From assembly GCA_044892505.1 (NCBI GenBank), contig CM097882.1, forward strand, positions 331,638,001 to 331,702,000: a stretch of DNA of 64,000 nt. Reading direction: 5' to 3'. The stretch comes from Schmidtea nova (Eukaryota). The notes below the pieces were generated by a model. That model was not told the origin of the DNA. It did no database searches and saw only the letters and a program-made list of their open reading frames with translations. A program made the position numbers and the translations under genes. Positions 49,287-61,378 of the stretch are shown piece by piece; position 1 is the stretch's first letter, and every line of letters starts with the position of its first letter.

Positions 49287-52140
49287 GTTATTTTGAATAA
49301 AAAATAAGATGATATCGATGTAAGTTGAAAAAAATCCGTTATATATATATATATATATGTTTATGAAATAGTGAAAAAACATGAATTTGTTTTTGTCGGA
49401 AATATATTTAACATTAATTTACCTGAATTGTTCAAAAATGAAAATCCCAATGATGTAGGTATATATTAACAGAAGTAACATTGCACGACAATTGTTAACA
49501 AGAAAATATACAATTAAAAATTACTAGTAGACTTGCAGACTATACTGTATTTACTCAAAGGGTGCCGCTTATTTTAAATAGTCAACACTGCTGCTTATCA
49601 AATCTTATTATTCTGTCGATCTAGTAAGCTTTTGTAGTTAATCGTTTCTAGTTAGTAATTTAAATAATTTCGCTCATTAAAATTTGGCAAATGTCACAAT
49701 AAATTTGATGATTTTTATAGTCTTAGGGGGCCCATCAGCTATCTATGTAGGCGCGTGATTGACACTTATCGAAAAAATACCTTGTCCCTGTATTTCCAAT
49801 GCAAATTTTATAACCAATCTACGACCCATCAGGTGATTTATTTCCTCGCAAATACTTTTAGACAGATATGATGCTTTTTACTAGTATTGCTCAACTTCGA
49901 TCTGCATTGCTCTAAAAATGTGTCAAACTTCACCATGAGCTCCAAAATGCCCATTTGGTTATTGATTGTAACGTTCCGCGGAGGACATTGAAGTATAAAT
50001 ACTTAATAAGGGGTTGTGATCTGTGTTATTCTTGTGTTCTGGTACTCGAATATGACAATTTATCCAATCACTAAGCCAATTTCTAAACCCAGACTCCTGA
50101 CAACTAAATAATCTATAACAAAGACAAAATACCTCGCCCAATGAAAGCGAACCATTTCTTTTTGTTGGGCTGGTACAATCCAGTTTTACAACAAATATCA
50201 GCACGATAATAGGGAAATCAGTACAATAATAAAAAATAATTAAATATAAATAAAACTTCTTCATAGACATGTGTAAATCCGATTGTCTGAATTTAAAGGA
50301 GAGTAGTCGAGGTAACGCACCTCACCTGTTCTCTAATTCCAAAAGCCCTCATACACAGTTCCAACGTAATTATCGAGAATGATTACGTGTTTACAGACAA
50401 AAGATGGTTAATTTTCTTGCTTTTTTCATTTTTTAAAATTTTTTCTTAGTTTGATGGTAGATTGAAAGCCTAGACACAATATTTGAGTAATTCTACCACA
50501 ACTAGACCAACACCTTTTTACAATTTCTTTGTTGAATAAAGGTCGTGCCTAAATATCGCTTCTGCTTCTTATCAATCATCTCGGAAGCGTCAAAATTTCC
50601 TATTTTTGCTGAATTGGTAGATTCATTTTAAACTCACGTACAATATCGTCAATAATTTTTCAGTTTGGAAGATTTTTCTCAAACGCTTTTTATTCGATGC
50701 AAAGCTGGACGGCAGATTCTGCAAAAGATAAAACGACGGAGGTGATCGCCTTAGATTGTTCAGCTCAAGCAGCCTCTTCTTCAAGTTCTATTTTCTGTTG
50801 TGCCTTCCTCGTCGTCAAAATGGCTGTAAACTGCTGGCGTTTGTACAAAGAAAGTTATTAATTTCGGAATGCTCAACTGTTCTGCAGATTGTATTTTTCA
50901 CTTTTTAACCCCCTTCTTATCATACACCCCTTCTATCATACAGCATATATGAAACACTCTTTTATTAGGCCCTAAATGAGAAACGGCTTGGTAAATGTAT
51001 TATTAATGAAAATATTATAAAATAAAATTTATCAGCAATATTTAAAAAGTAATTTAAATAAAATATAGATAGAAATTGAAGCTTAAAATAAAATATCAAT
51101 CAATAGTTCAATATAATCCATCAAATTAGTTACAATTATGCGAAAAAATTTACGTGTTACTTTTCTTCTCATTTCGTCCTGTCCGTTGTAATGTTTAAAT
51201 AAGATTATGATAGTGTCCGTTTAGTGATTATGCCGTTGTTAACAAACCCACAATATTCCGAAAACGAAAAGGATGGTAAGATGATTAATCGTGAACAGTA
51301 CAACGTTTTTCAATGATGATCACATGATCGCCAAATGTATCTATAAAATGTCGGCTTTTCATTTATACATCTGCTACACTTCTTGTTAATTGTTCTTAAG
51401 CTACTTGCCAGTATTAGCTATCACTTTCAGCTATTTTACATCATTAAAACTTATGCATCTGTAGTGTTCTTTCGCTCCTTTAGTTAATTTCAAAAAATTA
51501 TCAATTTAGTCCCTATAAAATATTTAATACGATTTTGGGTGCTCCTTCCAAACTTTACCTTAATGGCTATTTCTCCATTGTCAATAAGTAGTAAAATGAA
51601 AATTTGTGTATGATTGTAGTTATACTTGTTTAATAAAAATTGTAATTTAAGTAATAAAATGTTAAAAAACTTAAAATATATTAGTTAATAAATTCTAAAA
51701 ATTCAAAAAATTAATCAATTTATATATTAAAAAACTCATTATTAGAATTTGAGGAACGTTTATTAGAAGTCTCAATTTTATAATTAAAATTACTTTTGTT
51801 CCATATTTTATTAAGTCGGTTGTGAATTATTTATTAAATTATAATAATATATGTCCTTGTTCTCTTTTCAGATCATATCTGACCGAATTTGTATCAGACA
51901 TGTAACTAGTATAACGTATACCAACATAACTCATACTTTTACATTCTAAACACATCATAATATGCATTATTCCAAAATTTAAAAATTGTTTTCTTAATCA
52001 TCATTTTTTATAACAAAAATAGCTTTGGTTGATAATAGATATTTTATATTATAACTTTTTAAAATAAATTTTAAACAAACAAATATGGTTATAGATACCA
52101 TAAGATATTTTCATTTTTATGAGACTAGATCAGGGTGCTC

Positions 52141-53109
52141 CAGGGTTGCCAGATTTTGAAAACACCATGTCGGGAGTAACGAAAAAAAATATTTCGACTG
52201 GTCTTCTTTTAGTTTATTTTTTTATACAGAAATTAAAAAGATACATAATTCAAATGCTATTGAACAAAAAAAATTAAATCAATAAAATAAAACAAACAAA
52301 TAAAAAATTAAAAAATTAACAAAAACAAAACAAAAACAAAAATAAATAAAAAAATAAAATAACAAACATAAAAATAAAACTAAAAATAAATAAATTAGTG
52401 ATAATACCAAAAAATTTTATAATATTTTTCAGAATCTTAATATTTTTCAGATCTGGCAGCGTTTTTTATAATTAGTTGAGCATTTTCTGTTTTGAGAAAT
52501 TCAATAAATTCTTTACAGGACATTTTAAAATTTTCTTTTACCATTAATTCTGCAGCAGAATGCATTATGCATTCCAAATCCGAATCAGACATTTTTAGGC
52601 TATAATTAGTACGTCTTATTAAAAAACGAAAACCATTACAAAATTCAATATTAATATATTAAGTTTTTGTAGCTTATACTTTATTCTTTATATATTATAT
52701 TTATATAATGTGTTAAATATTACGTAGACGCACCGATATTTATTTTAATTTTATTCAATATAAATTATATTTAGCTTCCTATCCTAATTGTATGATTGTA
52801 TCACTTAATTTATTTAATATTTTGTTCCAAACGACCATTTTAATTAATTTAGATTCTTAGAATACACAAATAAACAATAAGTAAATTTAGACATCAGAAC
52901 AATACTTATAGGCAAAACACAGTGCGCAAAATGTCAAAAAAAGTTCACTATTTTCACCCAATTGGCATTACTTCAAAATGTTAAGTGATGACAACTGCTG
53001 AAAAAACTTAATTTACAAATCGGGAGTTTTTGGCATGTATATCGGGAGTCGGGAAATATACTTTTATAACGGGAGGCTCCCGACGAAATCGGGAGGTCTG
53101 GCAACCCTG
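52141..53109. mobile_element. Non-autonomous hAT element (969 bp)
   Basis: TIR CAGGGTTGCCAGA; 8-bp TSD GGGTGCTC; subterminal CGGGA repeats. Confidence 0.92.
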
Positions 53110-54573
53110 GGGTGCTCAAACTTAGTCCTGAAAAGATCCAAAAATTTTAAATTCAGAATTTTTTAAAATTAAATTTTAACGATATTTTTTCGGCTTTGGC
53201 TAGAGTTGCATTGAAGACCTAAGAGAGCTGTAGTTAAGCCAAGTATGTTATAGATCATATTTTTTTTCATTGGTACACAAATGTCCGGCACTCTTTTTCA
53301 TGCGTGTATTTAAATAGTTAATCTTAAAGAGTGAATATATGATTTGATTTTTTATTTAAACTTAAACTTTATTTAAAAATTAACTAAATTAAATTAAAAC
53401 GTTATAATTCTTTACAATCTGAATGTTGTTGAAAAGATTGTGTTATCTGATGAAAAAAGTTTCAGAAACTAATCTTTGTAAGAGAAAAAAGTTGGCATTT
53501 TGTTTCGTCATTTAAAAGAACATATATGTACTTTTATCAATTCTCATGGTAATTGGTGGTTTTTTTTTGATGTTTCATTAAGTCGAATGCGGAAGATTTT
53601 ATGAATTTTTTCTATGTAAATGATTTGACTACTTATACAAGTCACAATCAATTTCATTCGTGGATTGATTACAATTTTTAAAGGAGCTACTTTTGTTTTT
53701 GGCACTAATTGTTTTATTTGAGGTAAATGACCATAATCCTATCCTAAATAATCCACCGAGCCATATACATTGTTCGACACATCAGAAAATATGTGTAGTT
53801 GCTAACTTGTAATTATATATCATTAAGTATATTTAAATTCGCAAACCTTTAAGGATAATCTGTTTCATCAATCCATTTGCTTACTTTGTTTAATTCACGT
53901 GGCAATTTTTCATCTTATTCAATGCACAACAACCATAAAGGTTGACTTATGTTTTTCACAATGTATTTAACCCGGTATGGTGGGCTAGTAGGTTGGGAAG
54001 GTTCATGATGTGATCCATGTATACTCGAAAGCTAGAAACTGCAGCAGTACTATTGTATATTTTTGCCAGAGCATTAAGAGTGTGCCTGACTACATATTTT
54101 TTAGCATAGTCATTGTCAGGTCGATTTGTTTGACATCTCAAAGTGTTCAGAAAGGTCTGTTTTTTGTGGCACTGAGAGTGTTATCTTATTTTCATTCGAG
54201 AAATCTTGCATTAATAAAAAAACCTTGTGGTTTTTTTAATCACGGATGATTTTGTAAATTTAGTTTTAAATAGTCATAAATTTCTTCAAATCTCCCTCAT
54301 ACGCCATGGTATTTTATTCATGAAACCAAATCTCATTTTAAAATCATTTATCTTAATCTTTAAAATTTTACAAACCATTATTACCATTATAATCGTTCAC
54401 GTAGTGGGTTGGGTATTAGAGCTCCGTTGATCTCTTTTCGGAGGTTCGGTGGTCAATCGTGAGTTTTCGTAGATAAAATTTACAATCAATGATAAAATCA
54501 TAAAAACATTTATTAAATATGCATAAAAAGTAACTTGAATTTCCTTCAACTCTGAGTGCCAAAGACCTTAGAA

Positions 54574-55618
54574 CAGTGTTATCCAACCTTTTTTAAGCCA
54601 AGGTACTCCAGGTAAAATTAAAAAATTTACGGCTTATCATTTTTTAAAAAAATTACTGCATTTTTTATTGAAATGCCTCAATATATTCTGAAAATAATAA
54701 CAAGAAAAAATAATATAAAGTTTAAGAAAATTAATATAAAAATATCTAATGGGAAGATTGAGCTTGGTGGTTAAATCTTCGACAAACAAACTCTTAATTC
54801 CTGGTTAATATTAGTCATGCGTTCTCGCTCCTACCATTTGATTGTTGTTAGAGAAGAAAATCTTAGTTCACAAAGATATGAAGAACCAAATGGAAGCAAT
54901 GTTTCGATAGCCATTAAACTCAAATCTGTATATTCATCAAAAACAAAAATCCAGAAATTGAATAGTAATTGATTAAGCATCAAGATGAGGTTTCTTCTTT
55001 TTTGTGGGATTTTGTAGATGACCATATGAGCTTTATCGGGTATGCTTTAAATTTCTTGGCCTGGTTCAACAAATTATCTTTCAATCTCGTAAAATAAATT
55101 TTTGGTTTTTCTTTTAATTGTGTATGTTTTGATTGAAGATTTCGTTTAAGTTTTCTCGGAACCGTGAACTTTCTTGCAAGAGTGGTACAGCACAACATGC
55201 AAATTGGAATTGAATCAACTTTTTTCTGATGTTATGAAACCAAATTGGACATGATCTTCGTCGTACCTACACTTTTTTGTTTCCTTTGTACTTCCTGCGA
55301 CTTTGCTTATTTGGATTAAGAATTTCTTCATCATAGAACTAAAAAAATTATATTTATGAGCTTTATTATAAGAAATAAAATACTTAAGTTATTGAATGAT
55401 ATATATTAAATTTACACAAGAAAAAATCTGTGTACAATAAATAAAATTTTATTTTAACTGTTGACTGATTTATTGAATAAATAAATTTTATTTGTTTCAA
55501 GTTGGAATAAGCGTTTAATTATAATAAATAAAAAATATTTTTATCTGTGAGTACGAAAAAACAGGTATTTTTTTAGCAATTTATAACATTTTCACGGTAC
55601 ACTAGTTGAATAACATTT
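54574..55618 (-). mobile_element. hAT Buster/Charlie deletion derivative
   Basis: TIR CAGTGTTATCCAAC / GTTGAATAACATT; TSD (C/T)CTTAGAA; LLPFGSSYLCELRFSSL motif. Confidence 0.8.
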
Positions 55619-56659
55619 TCTTAGAAGATCATATTTCCGAGTTTATCTTCTTGTTGTCAAAGGAGTAAAGCTTTGGCTGTTCCTATTCAAACCTTTTTCC
55701 TTAACAAAATATGTGTAATTTGAATGAACCTGAATTATGGCGAGGCAGGTTCCACGTCGCTAAAAGCTTCTTTATCTGAACTATTTAATCCAGAAAATGT
55801 GTGTGTAATCACTGATAATGGTTTATCCAGATTCAAAAAAATTTCGTTGACTTTTTCAATGACTGCATTTTCAGACACTATTTCAATAATTTCTTTATTG
55901 CATAAATATGAAGATATTTTCAATAAAACTTTTCCAATATTTCGAAATTTACTTTTCGAAAAATTCATTATCTTCATTTTTACATTACAAATTATCATCA
56001 AAACTCATAAAATAACTTAACAAACTAATTATTTATTTTATAAATTAATCAATTTTAATTAACTATACGCTTTTCTTAGATATCAAGCATACATTAAAAC
56101 AATCGTTTTCTTTCAAAATAAATTTACACTTATTAAAATTCACCCCATTCCTTATTTCAGAATTGACCAGTCATGTTTAATAACATTTGGTTTCGAAATT
56201 TACAAAGTTGTGATTTTAAAGGTTCCGAGACTGATTTTGTTATAATGAAATTTCTTATGTATTTATATTACATTTGAGAAAATGCTACTGGAACTATTTA
56301 GGCTGAGAAAATATCATACGCAAATTTGGATAGTAGTGTAGATTTTGGTTCTCATTGACTTTTGACAACTTGGAAAATAGTTAAAACGATTTAACATTAA
56401 TTATTATTCTAATGTTTAATTCTTCATGTAAATTTTTAACCCCTTATGAATCATTTATTTTGAGATTTTTTGAGGACAATTTATTTACTTTTTTTGATTG
56501 AATTTAATATGTATATCTATTGTGACATATTTCACATATAAAATAAATGCCACAAAGAACAAATGTTTATGGATAAATCTAAAAAAATGCTTAAGACAAT
56601 ATTCTTTGAAATATGGCTTTTAGGGGCAATGTTGTACTACCAACGATTTGACTCTTGTC

Positions 56660-56796
56660 TAGGCTGACCATTTTTTGTGGTGCGATCCGGGAAATTAAAC
56701 TCAGTAGGGGGACATTTTTCAGAAGGTGTATCTATACGGGATACAGAGCTGGAATCCAGGACTCTCCCAGAAAATCCATGGCAAATGGTCACCCTA
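56660..56796. mobile_element. Small hAT-type MITE
   Basis: TAGGCTGACCA...TGGTCACCCTA; flanks CTCTTGTC/CTCCTGCC match 6/8. Confidence 0.65.
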
Positions 56797-57148
56797 CTCC
56801 TGCCGTATTTAATAATATTATTGTTTTTTGTATGTAGTGTCCCAAAGCCGTATTGTGTTTTCAGGCCAGCATCTTTTGTTTCTAAGCATGCTGCTTGTCC
56901 TGATATTACAAAATATGTAAAAGTAACTGCACTGTTTAATAATTTTTTATTATATATTCAATAACAATGAAAAACTAAAGATGCTCGTGCTAGATTTTAG
57001 GTTGCGAAAAATTACCAGTATTATTTTCTCGGGTCTAACATGGTACTGCTTATTAAGCGGTTAATATCAGTATGTATTGGTTTTATCTGAATATAATCAT
57101 GTTATAATAATGCTAATAGTCATAAAAATAACAAAATTATATTTTTAG

Positions 57149-57196
57149 GATGATAAATTTAATGAAAGTTATTTGACGACACTTGGAGTTGATTTT
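57149..57196 (+). CDS. Rab1-like exon 3 (switch I, YLTTLGVDF)
   Basis: tttttag|GAT GAT AAA TTT...GAT TTT|gtaagt. Not in the ORF track. Confidence 0.9.
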
Positions 57197-57803
57197 GTAA
57201 GTTTTTAAAATTTATAAATTTTTTTCATTTAAAAATTTTTCATTTATTTTATTAATTGAAATTGAAATTTATATAATCAACTAAACACTCAACGCTTATT
57301 CCTTTTGCTAACACTTCGCATAATTACACCTTCTAACATCACAAGAACTTTTAATATTATGGATATACAATTATTACTATCCTATACTACGATACATTAT
57401 GTCTATCTTAAATATTAATCTCTTTAGTTTCTATTTATGATTACATCAGGAAATAGCAAACCGAAGATAAGATTAATGCATAAACTACTTAATCACATTC
57501 ATTCGACGATATCTCTAATCCAATCTGCCACTTCTTCAAATGTCTCAAAAAGGAAATTAATAATGGCATAAAGGATTCAAACATTAAAATTCGACATGAT
57601 TGTAAAAATATATTTAGAAATCTAAATGAATACCAGTTTAATGTTAAACCATCTTTTGAACTAGTTACCAAAAAAAGTTCAACTGAAAATCTCGACTATT
57701 AATTTAACATGTTAAGAATTTTCCAGTGAAGCTTTTTATTATTTTTATCAGTTTTATATCTCCATAGATTAACATGTGTTTTTTTATTATTAAATACTAT
57801 TTT

Positions 57804-57914
57804 AGTGACGTGATTCTCTTTATTAGCGACCGAATAAGCTGAATAGAATCCGAAGCCGAATTTCCTGATCGTAGAAATATCAACTCCGGCAGTTAGAGCT
57901 TCCACGAAGGCTCC
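57804..57914 (-). pseudogene. HSP90 ATPase-domain fragment
   Basis: [30 protein letters not shown] versus the canonical [30 protein letters not shown]. Confidence 0.85.
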
Positions 57915-58491
57915 CAAATTTATTTGGCCTACTGCCTTTTTTCACAATAAAAATACCCAGTGCCCCCTGGAAATCTATATTCTTTAAGTGAACAATAAGT
58001 AAGATATATGTATTTAAATTTCTGCCTACGTCCTAAAATATAGTAAAGAAAGATGCTGGAAATAAGACACCTTAAAGCTTGAAATTATAAAATTATTTAT
58101 TAAAATCACAGGAAATTAACACAATGAAGGATAATATGAAAATAAAAATTGCGATTCGTGACACGTTTGCCTACCAACACTTGTCATTAAGAGCTGTCAG
58201 GCGGACTTGACCACCGATTGGTTATAACTTGCATTTCGTATGTTTATTTGGAAAATAATGTTACACTGTTACACAACAGATGAAATATGTACGAACGGTT
58301 TTCTGAATCTTCTTATCATCTTCTCTTACTTTATGATTTCACAACCCATTATTTTTAATCTCACCCCTCAAAATGCACCCGATTTGAGATGTCAGTAAAT
58401 TTGTGAAGTCATTGAATAAATATAATAAAAAACAATATCCATCCTGTTTTTGTTTTACGCATTTATTAATTGATAAAAAATAAAATATAAA

Positions 58492-59854
58492 TGTTGGGCT
58501 GGTGAAATCAAAAATAAATTTAATTAAAAATTATTAAAAATTAAATACATACAAAAAGAAACAAAGAGAAACGCACGACAAGACGTTAAGCAGTAAAATA
58601 ACGCAAGGGAAAATAAAAACAGTTAAGTACAATAGTAGTCATACGAACCGCATCCTTTAAGTCGGTCAAGATAGGGTTGAAGCGATAAAAAAGAGGAATC
58701 TCAAAAGAGAGCACACAATTTGAGTGCAGGTCGGATTTACACACGAAGGACCGCACGAGAATTGAATGTGGAAGATCAGTGCTTGTAAAGTGATTATGAA
58801 AAGCATGATCAAAGAATAAAATCGGTATCAGAATAAAGAAAATAATTTATTAAAAATTATAGAATAAATCCCCATTGAAATATCGCAAAATTAACAGAGA
58901 TAGGAATGTAAATAGATTTAAAATTAAATTGTTTTAATCAATAAATGCACAATAAAACAATAGATACACACCTAATTTAATATAATAAATATTTTCGAAA
59001 ATAAATAAATCAAATTATAAAGTTAAATTTATGAAAGATAAATAAATGCTCACTTATTAAAACTAATAAGTGAGTTAAAATCATTAATAAATTATGTAAA
59101 TAACAAAATATGTAAGTGTCAGTGAAATTAGTATAAATAGATATTGAAAAATCACAATCAAAACTTACTTGGCATTAATTTACTGAAAGCAAAAATTTGG
59201 TTTTGATTTCGCCAGTCGTGTGGATCGATTTTAAGCAGGTATTTTTGTTATTTTGGTGATATGTGTTGGGTCAATTGTTGTTCAATGGTCACAATAAAGT
59301 TTTGAGGCTAAATCTTTGCTTAAGGGATTCCCGATTAAAATCTGAATAGGGGCGTCCCTCTGTGGTGCAATCCACGAGGGTGAATCCGTGGCTGTGGAGC
59401 TCAGTAGTTCCACGTCATGGTGAGTGACTAAATTATTAAAACTAGAATAGTAAATAATTTGTAAGGGCGGCGAATGCACACGGGATATTCTAAGTACGAA
59501 TGTACACCAAATGTTTTATTAGTTACGAATACACATAGGTAGTTAGTTGTGGTCAACCACCAAGTCACGTAGGATATGGTTATTAAATTGAGAGCTAGAG
59601 ATCGAGCGAAATTTAAGTCGACGGATATAAAGAATCAAGCGTAAGACCTTCTATCGGCAGCACGAACCCGAGGGGAAAATAAATGGGGAGTAGTTTTGGT
59701 GACGGAGCTCACCTGCCCATCATTTTTCCACACCGTATGCAGTACCAACTTGGCTAATAGGGAATAGTCAAGGGCATACGCGTGTATTAGTCATTTTATG
59801 TAAGGTTATGGGTGCGGAATCCCTAGTATTTAAAACCCACCCATAAACCCAGCA
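58492..59854 (+). mobile_element. TG..CA element copy F (1363 bp, no recognisable ORF1/ORF2)
   Basis: TAAA|TGTTGGGCTG...AAACCCAGCA|TAAA; TATAAATA at 59132; complete 3' module. Confidence 0.85.
59639..59854 (+). ncRNA. 3' structured RNA module, copy F
   Basis: GTTTTG-GTGA-CGGAGC; CTTGGCTA/TAGTCAAG; TATGGGTG/CACCCATA. Confidence 0.72.
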
Positions 59855-60161
59855 TAAACATGAACGATAATATTTTTTTCAAACATTAATTCCTCGACCT
59901 GTGTGGTAGTTACGTTCTGAAAAAAGAGCGCGCAAACCAAAACGCGTACTGAACCCACTTTTGTAATAAATTTGAAGAATACGTTCCAAATTTTAAATTT
60001 ATAATAAAAAATTTAATTATAAGTACATAGTTCAAATAAAGTCTTTAAGATTTCGGTCCTCTATCCACAAGTTTAGCAATTTTTCTATTACAAAATTTCG
60101 AATTTTTTTGTGGTTTTTGAAGATAATGGTGTAGAACGGGCAACTGAACGTTTCATTTATA

Positions 60162-61378
60162 GGGTTTCACGACCAATTTAATAATATTTGCAACCAATTT
60201 CATAATTTCTCGTTCAATTTCATAATTTTTGCAACCAATTACATAATTTTTGCAATCAAATTCATAATTTCCACATCAATTTAATAACTTTTGCAATCAA
60301 ATTCATAATATTTGCAATCAATTTCATAAAAAAAATCCATATTTTTAATTTAAAAAATATTTTATTAAACTCCCATGTCAAACTCAATTTTCGATTCAAA
60401 CTTAGAAGAGGACATAGAAGAAGCAAGTTTTGAGGAACGAAATCATACAAACGTTTCTTTGATGTCAACAAACCCTACAAACACAACTTCCGCCTCGCCT
60501 GTCGCGGAAAAAATCGACATACCTAGGAAGATAAATGTAAGTATTTCGGCTAATGATAGAGAGCGGATTATTCCTCGATGAAGTTGGATTTGGGGTGGTA
60601 ACACGCCCATCTCGTGGAAGAAGCTCCAAAGGATCGTCGGCCTATCTCTCTGTGCCGGCCGCAAGAAGCAGGAATATTTCTGTCGTTTCTGCAATGAACA
60701 AATACGGTATGATCTACCATAAAATTCAGGAAAGAGCCGTTATGGTGAAGATTTTAAAACATGCTTAAAAGAACTCCACGATTGCTGTATTCGCATAGGA
60801 ATAGTTTCCCCCATCTTTATCATGGATAATGCCCGCATACATCATTACAGGGGGTTGATTGATGACGCAGAAATTTCATCGTATAGGATACAATACCTTC
60901 CACCTTATTCTCCGTTATTGAACCCCATCGAAAACGTGTTTTCCGTTTGGAAAAATTGTGTCATTCGCAGCAATGCGCGAACTGAAGCAGAATTGAGAAG
61001 CAATATTACCGACAATTTTTATCAAATAACACCTGAACATTGTGCTTCTTTTTATCGAAAAATGCTTAAATATTTACAAAAAGCGGAGTTAAGATTGGAG
61101 ATTCTTGAATTTTTTGTTTGAATTTTTTTTAAGAATTTTTTTTTTGAAGTTTAACTTTAAAGGTTTAATTTACAGTATACATTTATAAATTTAGAGTTTA
61201 TTTTTTAATTTTTTTATGAAATTGATTGCAAATATTATGAATTTGATTGCAAAAGTTATTAAATTGATCGGGAAATTATGAATTTGATTGCAAAAATTAT
61301 GTAAGTGGTTGCAAAAATTATGAAATTGAACGAGAAATTATGAAATTGGTTGCAAATATTATTAAATTGGTCGTTTCC
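60162..61378 (+). mobile_element. IS630/Tc1-like transposon, internally deleted
   Basis: ~165-bp near-perfect TIRs built of ~20-bp subrepeats; TA at both outer ends; FLDEVGF, IMDNARIH, LPPYSPLLNPIENVFSVWK. Confidence 0.88.

Noticed and set aside
53700-54400. Possible further piggyBac remnant on the minus strand
   Set aside because: Only faint similarity and no termini; not supportable without a search
55735-56150. Possible nested minus-strand host exon(s)
   Set aside because: No recognisable domain, and splice phases could not be made consistent
59733-59745. CCGTATGC resemblance to group II intron domain V
   Set aside because: Present only in E and F, not conserved in other copies, and the bulge geometry differs
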